Below, piece after piece: positions 1 to 11,870 of a stretch of DNA of 64,000 bases. Numbering within the stretch: the stretch's first letter is position 1; every line of letters starts with the position of its first letter. A model generated the notes under the pieces. It ran no database searches. It saw only the letters and a list, made by a program, of their open reading frames with translations, and was not told where the DNA came from. A program made the translations under genes and the position numbers. The stretch spans positions 374,001 to 438,000 of the forward strand of contig MU058337.1 of NCBI GenBank assembly GCA_013265495.1. Direction: 5' to 3'. Source of the stretch: Vicugna vicugna (taxonomy: Eukaryota).

Positions 1-103
1 AACTGAATCACTTTGGTGTACACTAGGAACTAACACAACGTTGTAAATCAACTGCACTTCAATAAAAATGCTACTCCTGCTAAAAACAAAACAAACAAAC
101 AAA
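1..103 (+). mobile_element. LINE-1 3' end with poly(A)-derived tail (runs off the window)
   Basis: aactgaatcactttggtgtacact...ttgtaaatcaactgcacttcaataaaa matches the laurasiatherian L1 3' terminus and is followed by A-rich (CAAA)n. Confidence 0.8.
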
Positions 104-1289
104 AGATCCCCTCTCAGGAACATTTAGGATGAGCTTAATGACAAGGTACAGTTTAGCACTTCTGTGTTAACCAAAAATCTAGCTCACAGCTTGTGCCTGT
201 TCAGGGCAACAAATAAGAATCAGAAGGGAGACAGCCACTGGAACAAATAGTGTCCTGAGACTGAGAAACCACTGAACACCATGTCTGGGCATTCTGTGCA
301 AGATCGAACCTTCCTTGGAACCTTCACTCATGATTTACCAGTAATCTCCATCATCTATTCACCACGGCCTCCTCTTTAATGCTCAAATTATGCTTCAGTT
401 TCTCACCACGAAATCTTTGTTCTAATCAACAGGTTTCCCAGTGGCCCCTCAGTCTATAATAAATCATTCTGGTAAAAAACCGGGAAGGACATATTTATCA
501 TTATTCTGTATACCCTTCCTTATTTTATAGAGACTCGAGAGCACCCTTGACCCTCCCCTCTGCCTGGAAATGCCCATCATGTTTCCTGTGGCTCGTTCCC
601 CTCTCACCTTCTCCTACATCCTCCTCTAATCTTTCCTTTCTCTGGACTCCTATTGAATTTCTAGGCTAAACCAAAAAATGTGGTACTTAAGCATTCTCTC
701 TTTTATCTATAGCTATAATAGTCTTAATAGTTCCTTCAGGGAAGTTTAACCTTTTACCTATATTTTGGGGGGTTCCCACTTCAGTTATAACTTACAGAGG
801 TATATAATAAATGCCTATCCTTAACTGATTAGCGATCAGTGTACTGTTATACTCTGATATTTGTATTTTTATCTTAGTAGTGTTTGATAAAAAATAGTTA
901 ACAGTGCCCCAAAGTTGCTAAGTAAATATTATTCCATAGGACTCTGATGACGAATAATTGATGGAACTGATTATTTCTCATAGATGTTTAGGAAAAAAAA
1001 AAACTTCATGGTGGGGCAATAATGTCGAATTTCGAAGGAAAAAAGTTTGGACTAACAAAAAATGAACAGAAGGAGGAATTGAAATTAACTCTGGAAAATA
1101 TCCAAAAACGAACCACAGAAATGAGGTGGTTTGCATGTTCGCAGTGGAGGCTGGGAACTGTTAGAAGCAGGAAGCACCTGCTACCAGTTTTGGGTTGTGC
1201 TAGGCTGGCGGCTGCGGGCTTGGACTCTGCAGCCGGCGTGCCCGGTCTAACGCCACCGGCTGCACGGCTCTGGGTTCGGAGGTGACTAA

Positions 1290-1440
1290 GCAGCTCTGTG
1301 ACCTCGGGCTGTTCCCTTAGTACCTCCGAAATTAAACACACTTCTAGGTAACATTGGGAATATACGGACCTACCCCATGGGGTTCCAGTGAAGATTAAAT
1401 GAGTTAGTACCTGTAAAGGACTTCAAGTAGTTGCTTAGCA
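1290..1440 (+). mobile_element. MIR SINE fragment
   Basis: ctctgtgacctcggg...gtgaagattaaatgagttagtacctgtaaaggactt...gcttagca resembles the MIR core and 3' part. Confidence 0.65.
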
Positions 1441-1544
1441 CCAGGGACAGGTACATATTTGTGAGGCCTGAAGCTTATAAAATTTTCTGTCTCCTCTCTA
1501 CAGAAATGTTTTTGAAAAGTAAGAATACAAAATTAGATTTGAAA

Positions 1545-2310
1545 TCCAGTGATGTCATTGGGAAAACATAAAAACAAGAACACTGACAAAAAACTTGTCA
1601 AGACCAACTTTTGGTTAGCACTCTGGTGATCAACTAAAGGCTTGAAAAAATCCAGGGAAGGTTTATTCAATGCAAATGGCTGAGTTTTGGTAAGAGGGGC
1701 GAGCTCTGTGGTATCTTCTCTTGCCCTGTGCCCATCCTCCTCTCCTTAATTTCATGGCAGCCTTGCAAAGCAGCCTCCCAGGGACGGTGAACACCAGCCT
1801 CCCACAGGCACTGGAGGGGTCAGACAGGGCTGGAGCCCCTCAAAGCCCCTTTCTCTGTGAGTTGTCACTATTTGGCCCATCTGGCCATTTGTTGGAAAAG
1901 CCAAATATGAGGCTTATTTTAATTTTGCTGGATTCAGACATAGCCCAGGCAAGCACCCCAAACCCTGCAAGCGTTCATGGGAAACAATCAGGGGCAGCTG
2001 TTTAACGTCTCCCCTACCTGACCCAAGATCACACTGGCACAATTTACAAACTAACCAAAAACTTACAAGGAGTGGCAGGGGAAGAAAGTGACCACAAGGG
2101 CCTTTGGAAACCTCGCCTGCTTTCCTAGAAGGCTGGAAGGCCACATCCATGCTCACAGCTGTGCGTGTGCCAGGAACAACCCGAGAAGAAGGTCCCAATG
2201 GCTCGCCTCTGTTTGAGGCTCTGAACGGCTGAGAGGTGAAGGCTAAGGCAGAGTAAGGCAGGCAACCCCAGAGGCCCCCACACAAAGCCCCATCTCACAA
2301 GAGCCTCTCC
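1545..2310 (+). mobile_element. Ancient L1 (L1M/L1MC-type) 5' region
   Basis: aacttgtcaagaccaactttt...ctctgg...aactaaaggcttg...tccagggaaggtttattcaa...gagctctgtggtat resembles remembered L1M 5'-end consensus. Confidence 0.6.
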
Positions 2311-3109
2311 TAAAATAAAACACTCAGTTCCAGCTTCATTCTCAACCCTCTTGGTTTCTTTGAAAGCATTTTCTTCCTCTGCAATGTATCAGCAGAAACC
2401 TGGCCCACACAGACCTGCCAAAAAAGACAACATAGAGGGAAAACGGAAGAACTACGTATACTGGGCACCTCCCCCTGCTCCAGGTGCGCTATGGTTTATG
2501 TAAGCTGAACAGGAGAACAAGGGGTAATCAAAATTACTTACTGCTTATTATTCTCTAGATTTTTAAATAGACGTGACCACAAGATTCACTGGGGAGAGAA
2601 CAGGAGACTCTTGTGCCCTTGAAGACTGTATCACGTGGCTGGTGTTTTAATACAGCACTTCTTTGACTAAGAAAATGCGGGGAGATCCTGAAGGGGCTAG
2701 AATCTGAAATCAAAGGCAGTAGGCTCGTGGAGAATGGGCAGCAGGAGAGGGTCTGGGAGACGCTTCTCGGCGTTGGAACTGGGGAGTGAAATGCACGCGA
2801 ACGCGCAGCTCCGCCCGTTCTGCTCGAGGCAAGTGGAGACGAGGGGGGAGCTGCCCTGGTCCATCGGTGGAATGAAAATATCACTTCGTAGAATTGCTTC
2901 CAAAAGGATTTGAGGTGGGTTTGTCCACATTTGAAGAGGAAGAAAACTGAGATTCAGGGAGGTCGAATTCCTGCCTTACTGTGTGGACAGAAGGAACAGA
3001 GGACTGTAGGTAGGGCGGGGAAGCCCAGCAGACCCCGCGCAGCCAGGCGGTCACGGGCAGCGGCCGCGGTGACAGGCCGTGCTGACGGCACGGGCCCCTG
3101 ATGCTGCTG

Positions 3110-3426
3110 TGGGCTCTCTCACTCTAGCGGCTGGGAGTCCGAGATCAAGGTGTTGGCAGATCTGGTTTCCTGAGGCCTCTCCCCTGGGCTTGCAGACAGC
3201 TGCCTTCTCCCCGTGTCCTCACGCAGTCTTTCCTTGGGGCCCGCATCCTTCGTGTCTCTCTCTGTGTCCTCTTCCGGTGAGAAAGCAGAGTGACTGGATT
3301 AGAGCCACCTCAAGGGCCTCGTTATGACTTAATTACCTCCTTAAAGGCCTTTCTCAAGTACAGGCACATTTTAACGCAGCTTCAGCATATGATTGGGGTT
3401 GGGGGTGCTTAATTCAGCCTTTGAAA
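3110..3426 (-). mobile_element. MaLR LTR (MLT1A-like)
   Basis: ggctgggagtccgagatcaaggtgttggcag...tttcctgaggcctctcccctgggcttgcagacagctgccttctccccgtgtcctcac...cttaattacctccttaaaggcc are diagnostic MLT1 reverse-strand motifs. Confidence 0.8.
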
Positions 3427-4829
3427 CGTACTTCCCAAATTTTGGGATAAAACCATGTATATTTAAGACCTATCTTAAGAATGTTTCCATTTTACATCTT
3501 GTAAAGGGATGGACGACACTTTGAGCACACGAACTGCAAGTCCCTGCTTTTCCTGAGCGTTTGCATTTCCTGTAAGGCGCCTGCAGCCCCTGGCTGGCAT
3601 GGCTGCTCGGCCCCAAATCTTCAGACCCCCTGCTTCCTCCTTTCCTTCTGCACGTGGGCTTCCCCCGCCTGCCCTTCGTCTCTCACCTGTACGTGCTCTT
3701 ATCCGGCATCTCACTGCCTGCCTGAACCTAAGGCATCTGAAGATGTTCAGTTCTCCCAGTCCCAGCCCTTTCCTTTTTGTGGCCTGACCTACAAACACAC
3801 TTTTAAAATTCCTTTTAAAAGTGAATATGTGCCAGCAGTTTTAAGGAAACCTTTAGAAAATCCCATGCCATTTTAATGATAATGTAACTTTCTTTTTCCT
3901 CCCTTTTCTAGCTCTCAATGTCAATCTGAAAATTCACTATCAGTCACTTTTAGAGCAAGCTAGAAGTTGTAGTATACGTATGTAACTTTTTTTTATGCTC
4001 TAACTTTTTAGAAATTATAGACTGCAAGAGAATGTTTTATATGAAATAGAAAAATGTTGAAAGATTTAAAACAATCAATCACACCCTGAACTCAGGAATG
4101 TTTCAGTTAAGCTTTAAAATTATGTTATATAAATAAATTATATGGGCTTGAATGAGCTTTAAGATTTCCCTAAACATCTAAAGGGTTTTCAAAGAGGAAG
4201 GATGTCTGTAATTAAAGTGGTAAATCTTTAAGTAAGCAGTAGTTAAATTATGCAGAAGCTCTTGAAGAACTTGCCAGAAATAAATATGAGGCAGAGAGTC
4301 AGGGCATAAGTAGGTAATTATATATGCATACATATAATTGATATATAACAACATATATTATGTAATAAATATATATAATTACATACAAATGCATGTACTT
4401 TTTTGGTTTGGATTGACATACTTTTGAGACATTAAATATACCAAATATTTTTAAAATCTACTACAGGTATCTTACACATGAGATGACAAAATAGATTAAA
4501 TATTTCGGAGTAATGCAGTTCTAATCACGTAAGTTCTTACTCAATTTAGTAAGAAGGAACTAGAGATCCAGAGAGACCACATGCACGTCTCAGCACTCAC
4601 AAACATGTCTGCAAAGCTCAATGTGTTCCTTCTTGTGAGTATAGCAGTCAGGTGAAATGAGGAGAGATGCAGATAAACTCATTTTGAACATATGACCAGT
4701 TTTATGGAGGGAACATCAGTACAAAGATTCCAGTCCTTCTGGCCCCTGGACACAGTACACAGATGTGCACTGATCCCATGACGTGCATCTGCTCTCTGAG
4801 ATTAGGTCAGCCAGCTGTGAGAGGTTCTA

Positions 4830-5311
4830 GACAGACGCACGTTCCTTAGCATGCTTCCGGTCCAGAGGAAGACCCGTTTCTCCTCTGGAACTGTGACTGG
4901 CCTGCGATGGCCTGGACTAACAGCACGTGGTACAAGTGACACCCTGACAGTCCACGACTTGCTCTTAAGAGGGTTGGCAGTTTCCGCCTTGATCCTGAAG
5001 TCTGAACCACCCTGTAAGACGTCCAGTTGCCCCACTGAAGAGACCATCTGGAGACGCCCTGAAACTGGGGAATAGGAGAGGGGCTCAGATGATCTTGACC
5101 TTCTAGCCACTGCTCTAAACACACTGGACTTGTAAGTAAAGACACCTGGGACCCGGGAGACCAGACCTGCTGCCCGCTGAGTATCCCCGGTGACCTCAGA
5201 CACCGCCTGCCTGAATTCCGTTCCACAAAGTTGTGAGACACAGTGAAATCACTGTTGTTTAAAGCTTCTCAATTTGGGGAGAGTTTGTTATGCAATAATA
5301 GATCACTGGAG
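4830..5311 (+). mobile_element. MaLR LTR (MLT1H-like)
   Basis: The terminal gttgtttaaagcttctcaatttggggagagtttgttatgcaataatagatcactgga is the typical MLT1 3' end. Internal ccaccctgtaagacgtccagttgccc...gagaccat motifs also fit. Confidence 0.75.
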
Positions 5312-5529
5312 TATTGCACTTTGGATTAATTTAGGAAGAAATTTAACATCAATTTCAGGAAATGACTGTTTTTCAAAAAATAATCAACATAACTCAGCTA
5401 AGTGTATTACAATAAGTCAAATATAACTAAGAAATACTCATACACTTAAGATTTAACCTGAGGCCCTCAGATACCCTTACTACACACAGCACAGGTTATC
5501 CTTGTCCGGGAAGTGCTGGAAGTAATTCT

Positions 5530-5702
5530 ACTCGAGGTGTGGATTCCTGAGACTACGGTCCATGGTCCAGGACTTTCAGCCTGACCTGGGACCTTGTCAG
5601 AAATGCAGGACCTCTGGCCCCACCCAGATCTCCGGCATCCAAAGCAGCATTTTTAACAAGGGGAGATTCATTTGACTCTAAACATTGAGAAGCATTAGTC
5701 TA
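5530..5702. mobile_element. MER5-type hAT-Charlie MITE
   Basis: cctgggaccttgtcagaaatgcagga...ccccacccaga...gcatttttaacaag...ttgagaagcattagtcta. Confidence 0.7.
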
Positions 5703-6884
5703 AATAGTTTTATCAGAAGGATGAGAATTTATGTAAATAAATGTGGGAGGAACGTTATCTCTTAGTTTTATTGCTGAGTGCCCCTTCTTCTAGAATGTTT
5801 GGACTATGATTAAACCTAAAGGGAAAATTGTTTGCATTCATTTTCTGCCTCTTCATTCAACAATAATGGTTTCTCATTTTGAGTAACTTCATTTTCCTCC
5901 AACATCAGAGTATTCTTAAAGGCAGAATTTCTCCAAACCACAAATATGCAGGAATTGGAAAGCACACTTTCAAATTGGGGCATGTATCATATATGTATTC
6001 AAATTATAGCTTAATTAGATAAGAAAAATATATAAACTCTTCCATCAGTTTTTTGAAAATAAATATTTTACAAGTTCAGCTAGTGGGAAAATAGATCCAA
6101 CAAAACCATTATTACAAATGGAATAATTAAATCAGTTTGGGTTTCTGGTGCCGGAAAAAGGTGCAGCAAATTTGGAAGGCATCTAGACACGAGTAACGGC
6201 ATTTATATTAATAAATTTAATACATAAGGTGATTTCCTCTGGCAAAGCTAGTGCCCAACCACACACCCCACGGGAAGGGCTTCCTTGTAAATCCCAGGAG
6301 CCATTCTTTGGACATCTTTCCACTGTTGCCACCTACTGGTCAAGATATGAATTTTCTTCTGTTGGTCTTGCTGTTTTAATATTCGTTGATTTGTATGAGT
6401 GTCTTTAAATAATTCAGCAGATATAAATGAAGGGCCTACTGTGTGATAGACCCTACTGTTCCAACAATAAAACACTGCACTTATCTCAAAGAGTTCATGG
6501 TTCTGTTCAGAAGAAAGACAAAACCAGGCCTTGGCATCAAAAGGGTGTGTGCCGAGACACTGGGTACGAAGGAGCACGTGGGAGAGACAGGCACCCGTCT
6601 TGGAGGTGAGGGAAGAAATTTCACAAAGAAGTACTAAGAAATGGTTCAAATCTGGGGTCCTGGCATCACAAAGCCTGTGGTGTGTGAAAAAAATCAGGGA
6701 GGAAAAATAACTGAAACCTACAGGACTTACTAAATTGTCTAACTTGAGGTTTAGATTTACGACCAAGCCGAATTATGGTTTGTAGAAAACACACAGAAGA
6801 GGTCATTTCAGTGAGAATCACAGAAAGGATTGTTCAAAAAGAGGTTTTTCTTCACGAGAGGATTAAAGGTGAGCAATATATATC

Positions 6885-7330
6885 CTTTAAGCAATTTTAT
6901 CAAGCACCGACTGTACAGGCGGGGCGTGAGTGCTGAGGATTAGACAGTGATGAAGACGATGAGAGTGTCTGCTTCCCCAGTTCTACGGGTGTGGAGGGGG
7001 ACGGGGAAATAAGAAAAGGAACTGCAAATGGAGTATGAAAGCCTTTGGGCTGGGGAAGCACAAGGGTTGGAGAGGGCTTCCTGGAGGAAGCGGCACCTAA
7101 GCTGGGGAGGGGTGACTAACGGGGGTGAGACTTGCAGGTGGAGACAGAGGGTCCCGGGTGGAGAGAACAGGCATCGGCAGGCTCCGCTGAGGGCTTTACT
7201 TCTGTCCTGAGGGCAACGGCGAGTTACTGAGGGACTTTAAAAGGGAGGTGACAGTCAGCCCAGCTTGTCAGAAAACCCTTTCTGGAGCCGCTGTGGAGGA
7301 TGCATCGGAAAGGAGTCATGATGCAGACAG
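6885..7330 (-). mobile_element. L2 LINE fragment
   Basis: tttatcaagcaccgactgtac...gtgctgaggat...agagggcttcctggaggaag...gggcaacggcgagttactgagggactttaa are typical L2 antisense motifs. Confidence 0.65.
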
Positions 7331-8799
7331 GGCCGCCTACTTTAAAGCTGTTTGTCGCTTGTCTTTCAGGAGCTGAAGCCTTGGTGCAGGCATTCCGTCT
7401 TCCAGTTCGTGCCTGTTTCCCTGCACATGAGCAGGCAGGCTTCTTTCAACTTCATTCCAGTACTTGAACATTTTCCCCCTTTTTTCTAACTCTTCATTGT
7501 CCTTTAAGGAAAATAATCATATCTAATCGTGGTTAATCCCCACAATGTGCAAAATGCTGTGTCTTTATTTGATACTCACACCAATACTTTCAGGCAGGTG
7601 ATTTGCGTGCACAGTGAAGTTTGAGAAGCAATGTTCTAAATTTTTCACAGTCCTTTTCACTGATTCACAAACCTGTGACGCAGCGACACCGCAGTCATGT
7701 GATGTACTAGTTAAATAAAACACAAATCCGCAGTCTCCACAAAAAAAGTACTGAACTAGAAACTCCAGACATGGAAGCTAGATTCTGTCTTTTTATAACT
7801 TTTGCATATAATTTTGATGCACAGTCATATTCTGACCCCTGATTCAGGGGAAGGGAGAACTCCAATGTCTGCTCTGGTCCCTGTCGTACTATTCATGGAC
7901 AACAAAACTGTCCTTCTCATGGAATACCTGGAGTGAACATGCCACAGAGTGAGGTCCCATTTTATTTCTGAATACATTTGAAGTGTCATTAAATATGACA
8001 TTACAAATATTTTGTAAGTATTTAAGAACATTCTAAAATTTCTCCAGGGAAGTATGTTGTACAGATTCTTTTAGGTAACAAATACCTGTTTTCAGACTAT
8101 TTACTTGGTCTTCAGAACTTGGATATTCATATAAAACCAGAGAAAGTGCTGGCGTTCATTCAGATTCACAGGGCGCCTGATTTTTTCAGGTATTTAGTCA
8201 TGGAGTTTCATAATGTGCAGATACTAAATTTGAATTGTGGGAAACCCAGTGCTTTGAAAATTTCCGTTTCTATTAAACCATCACTTCTGAACCTTTTCAC
8301 ATCAACAAGTGAAAGTAAAAACTGCACAAAAGCAAATGAATTAACTGTTGTTAGCTTCAAAGCTGAATGTGTGAATGTGGGGCCATTACTCTGTTAGGCC
8401 AGGAGGCTCCAGCCCGGGGCTGGGTGATCGCCCTCCCTGAGACCACGCAGCCCAGCCCCCAACCCCAGGGCTCACAACGTTACTCGCCTCCCACGAGCAT
8501 CACAGAGAATTACATGTTCAGTAGAACTGAGCCATAATGGTGCTAAAAGAGGTAATTTCCTGGGCATCTGGAGTGTCTGTGTTACTCTCCTAAGCTTTAG
8601 AATGAGGCCGTGGGCACACCAGTTGCTCACGTGGGGCACTAAAGCGGGTCTGTCGCAGGGGTATTTAGATGAGGACGGTGTGAAGTTTCTCCGGCATGTC
8701 ACTCATGCTCCAGCTGCCCAGTGTGCTTCGGCTACACGCGTCTGATGATCTGGTATTTCAGCCAAGATGATCTGACGCACAACAGGGAGTCAGCCGCTC

Positions 8800-9677
8800 G
8801 TCTTGCAGAATTTTTTCCGAGATTCCCGGCATTACTTCTTCCCAAATGCTAAGTAATAAACCTAATTCCACTTTGGGGTCTAAGCCGCGAATTCAGACAT
8901 AAACGAGACCACGCCAGGCAGGACAAGCAGAGAGCCTTCGGGAGGCATTTGCAGCCCACGGGGCTGGCGTGTCTGAGTGCGCACGTGTGGCCGGGGTGTT
9001 CAGCGGCGCTGTGGTCCTGTTCTCCATCCACAGGTCACTGCGGCCGCTGGGAACGGCGAACTGTAAACGCTAGGAACACAGCGAACTGCCAGCAGTGAAC
9101 TCTGAACAATGTTGCCTCCGGGAGCAGCGCGGCGCAACAGTGCCTCCCTCCCTGCGGTCTGCACTCCCCAGCGCCTGGCCGTGTCCCTGGTTCCCGGCGG
9201 GACATGAGCCCACGCGCTGCACGGTGGTTCCCACGTTGAGAAGCAGACACGCCCCTTCACTGCCTCTTCCCTCCTGCTCCCTGGAGGAGCCATAGGTAGA
9301 AGGAACCCAGGTCCCCGAAGAGCATGGGAGGAACGATCCCTGGGGACCGGAACATCCACACTGTCCCTTCTTCTGACCGAGAAATAAAATTCCATTGTGC
9401 TGAGCCGTTATCCTTTGGGGACCATTTATCATCACAGTTGAGTCTCCCTTTGTTCAGATGGAGGGGACGGAAAACATCGCAGGTGAGTGGCGCTCCTTGG
9501 AGGGGAGCGGCGACAGTGGGGGACAGAAGCAATGACGGATTTCCGGAGTGCTGACTGATGCCACACCAGTGCTGCGCGGCGGGGGTGGGGAGAGTATGGC
9601 AGCGAGGAAAAACCAGCCTGCAAACCGCGGCGGCGCGCAGGCCGTTGCCCCAGAACGCCTCGCAATGGCCTATTGAT
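8800..9677. promoter_or_regulatory. CpG-island-like GC/CpG-rich segment, candidate promoter or enhancer
   Basis: CpG density is visibly high (e.g. gcagcgcggcgcaac, ctgcgcggcggggg, ccgcggcggcgcgcag) compared with the AT-rich flanks, and there is a consensus donor CAG|GTGAGT at 9480-9488. Obs/exp CpG was not computed. Confidence 0.5.
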
Positions 9678-10152
9678 TGTTGTGAACTAAAGTTTCTTAC
9701 GAGATGCGCCCGGCACAGGAGGGACACTCGGGCCCTCCTCTCTGTCTCCCTGAGAGCAGGAACTATGCCTCTCGTGTGGGAGGCGTTCTCCTGTAGCTGG
9801 AGAAGGAAGGCCCCTGATCACGAGGGTCAGGGAGTCCAGGCTGAGGCGCTTACGTACACGCCCTTGGTCACTCTTTAATTTACTCCCCAGAGTCCAATCT
9901 CACCACTAATTGAACACTTAAAACCTGTTTCTTTGTCCTGTCAATTCCTCACAAAGGTATTGTTTCTTTGCCTATAAAAGTATAAAAGCTGCCTGCTTTG
10001 GCCACTTCAGTTCCATTTCAGTAAGGGCCCCATGTGTACGGATTAAAATTTGTTTCTTTTTCTCCTGTTAGTCTGTCTTGTGTGAGTTTCTTATTGGTTT
10101 CCAGCCACAAGAGCTCCAGAGGGGAGAGTGGGGAATGTCCCCCTCTCTGACA
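9678..10152 (+). mobile_element. ERV1-like solo LTR
   Basis: TG...CA termini (tgttgtgaactaaag ... ccctctctgaca), TATAAAA at 9973 and 9981, ATTAAA at 10042, then a U5-like tttgtttctttttctcctgttagtctgtct...ccagcc...gagctccagagggg tract typical of MER4/ERV1-group LTRs. No clean TSD was found, so the left boundary is uncertain. Confidence 0.7.
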
Positions 10153-10729
10153 CCCATTGGGCCCTCATGACCAAGGTTTCGGCCAAAGGTATTGAAGGTA
10201 AGAGGCTAGGGGTGAAACACAGGCTCGCAACAGAGCAGCAGGTAAGTGCAACCATGGAAACACGCCCAGAGCACTTGGAGCGCCTGAGAAGGCCTGGTGC
10301 TTCCTGGAGGTGCTGGAGAGCGGTTCACCGGCTGCCAAGTCTCAGCAGTGAGAACGAATAAATCACATAGTTCTATGACTGAGGATATTTTTACTAAGCA
10401 ATAAAAATTAAAAATAATTGCAGCAAGTAGATAAAATGAGAATATTAAGCTTAATATACTTGAAAATGGTTTATGAATTGGAAAGTAGAAAACAGATGGT
10501 GCAGAAGACAGTGACAATCGATTGTGTATAAATCAGTGGCTTGAGCGGGACACAGGCAGGACACGGCCCGTGCCGTGGGGCTTCTCTCCAAGACTGGCCA
10601 CCAGAAGTCACACAGTGACAGGAGTGCAAAGAAAGGAGTGCTTTTTCTTCGGTGTCGTGGGTTTTATTAGACGCTGCTTCCATTATCTTTGTAACTCTAC
10701 TGCCTGAACATCTGTCGTGAATGTCAAAG

Positions 10730-10965
10730 GTAAATCTGGTTATTCTCCTCCTCAGACCTGAATGGTCCAAAGGTTTAGCATCATGCAATGAGTGAAACAG
10801 AAAGTAAAATACAAATCCTCTAAGATCCTACACAGAAAGCATCAGGACATCTCTCTGACCCGTTTCCTTACATCCCTTACACTCTACTCCAGCCACACCA
10901 GCCTCTTCTCTGTCACACAGACACACCACACACGTTCCCAGCCTAGAGCCTTTGCAGCCGTGACA
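10730..10965 (+). mobile_element. L2 fragment
   Basis: aaatcctctaag...actctactccagccacaccagcctcttctctgtc...ttcccagcctagagcctttgca. Confidence 0.6.
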
Positions 10966-11401
10966 CCAATGAGAACAAAAGATCAGACAAAGATCATTCT
11001 AAGGTTTTTGTTCACAGACACTAAGTTAATGGCGATGCCCTTTATTCAGATGGCCACAAGGTAGCTTCTTTGAGAAACCCTATTAGGAAAAAATCAAACA
11101 TAACCAAAATCAGAAGGTCTGTAATACAAAACCCCACACACTCCTCCCCCAGCCGTAGAGATCATCAGCTCGCTTACATCCGTGCCCCCTCTGTGCCTCA
11201 CCTGCACTCGGCTCCCTCCGCCTCCTGCACCAGCGCCACCACTGCACTGCGTATCATTTCTTCTGCTTATAATTTCACATTATTTTCTATTCGTATCATT
11301 TTAAAACAACCATAATACTGTTATCATCCATGAGCAGCAAACAATAATTCTCTAATATTATCAAATATTCATTCAACGTTAGAATCCAGAAAAGTTGTTT
11401 T

Positions 11402-11548
11402 TTTAATTTTTTTTTCTTTCTTTCCCTTAAGTGGGGGAGGTAATTTTAGGTTTCTTTGTTTATTTTTTTAAACAGAGGTACTGGGGACTGAACCCAGGAC
11501 CTTGTGCATGCTAGGCATGTACTCCACCACTGAGCTTTACCCTCCCCC
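11402..11548 (-). mobile_element. Camelid-type tRNA-derived SINE (Vic-1-like)
   Basis: The reverse complement reads GGGGGAGGGTAAAGCTCAGTGGTGGAGTACATGCCTAGCATGCACAAGGTCCTGGGTTCAGTCCCCAGTACCTC (A and B boxes), then an A-rich linker, CCTAAAATTACCTCCCCC and an A tail. A 15-bp TSD CAGAAAAGT(T/A)GTTTT lies at 11387-11401 and 11550-11564. Confidence 0.9.
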
Positions 11549-11599
11549 ACAGAAAAGTAGTTTTGATAATTCATGGGAATCAAAAGTCTTGCTTTAGAC

Positions 11600-11870
11600 A
11601 TATTAAGTTTTAGATGCTTATTAGAAACCTAAAAAGATACGTTGTCTACCAAGGAGGCGATCATACGAATGTGGAGTTGAGGGGGAACTTGGGATGAGAG
11701 ATGTGGACTTTGGAGTCAACACCTGTATACAGAAGGTGGTGTGCAACATTATGACCTATGGGTAAGATTCCAAAGGCAGAGGGTGTTCAGGGATCAGGCC
11801 TGGAGGCATGCCAACATTTAGGAGATGGAAAGAGACAAGAAAAGGAAATTTTTCAGATAGAAAAGGGAAA
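11600..11870 (-). mobile_element. L2 fragment
   Basis: aagttttagatgcttattagaaacc...gtggagttgaggggg...gagatgtggactttggagtcaac...atgccaacatttagg. Confidence 0.6.

Noticed and set aside
1022..1285. ORF MSNFEGKKFGLTKNEQKEELKLTLENIQK...
   Set aside because: The K/E richness follows from A-rich DNA, and I recognise no homologue or exon structure.
6248..6766. 172-aa minus-strand ORF
   Set aside because: Non-ATG start and no recognisable domain. Such a length can arise by chance in 64 kb read in six frames.
8849..9878. Cluster of overlapping ORFs on both strands
   Set aside because: Expected from stop-codon scarcity in GC-rich DNA. None resembles a known protein.
11470..11548. tRNA-like sequence with A and B boxes
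   Set aside because: It is the head of a SINE (tail and TSD present), not a tRNA gene.
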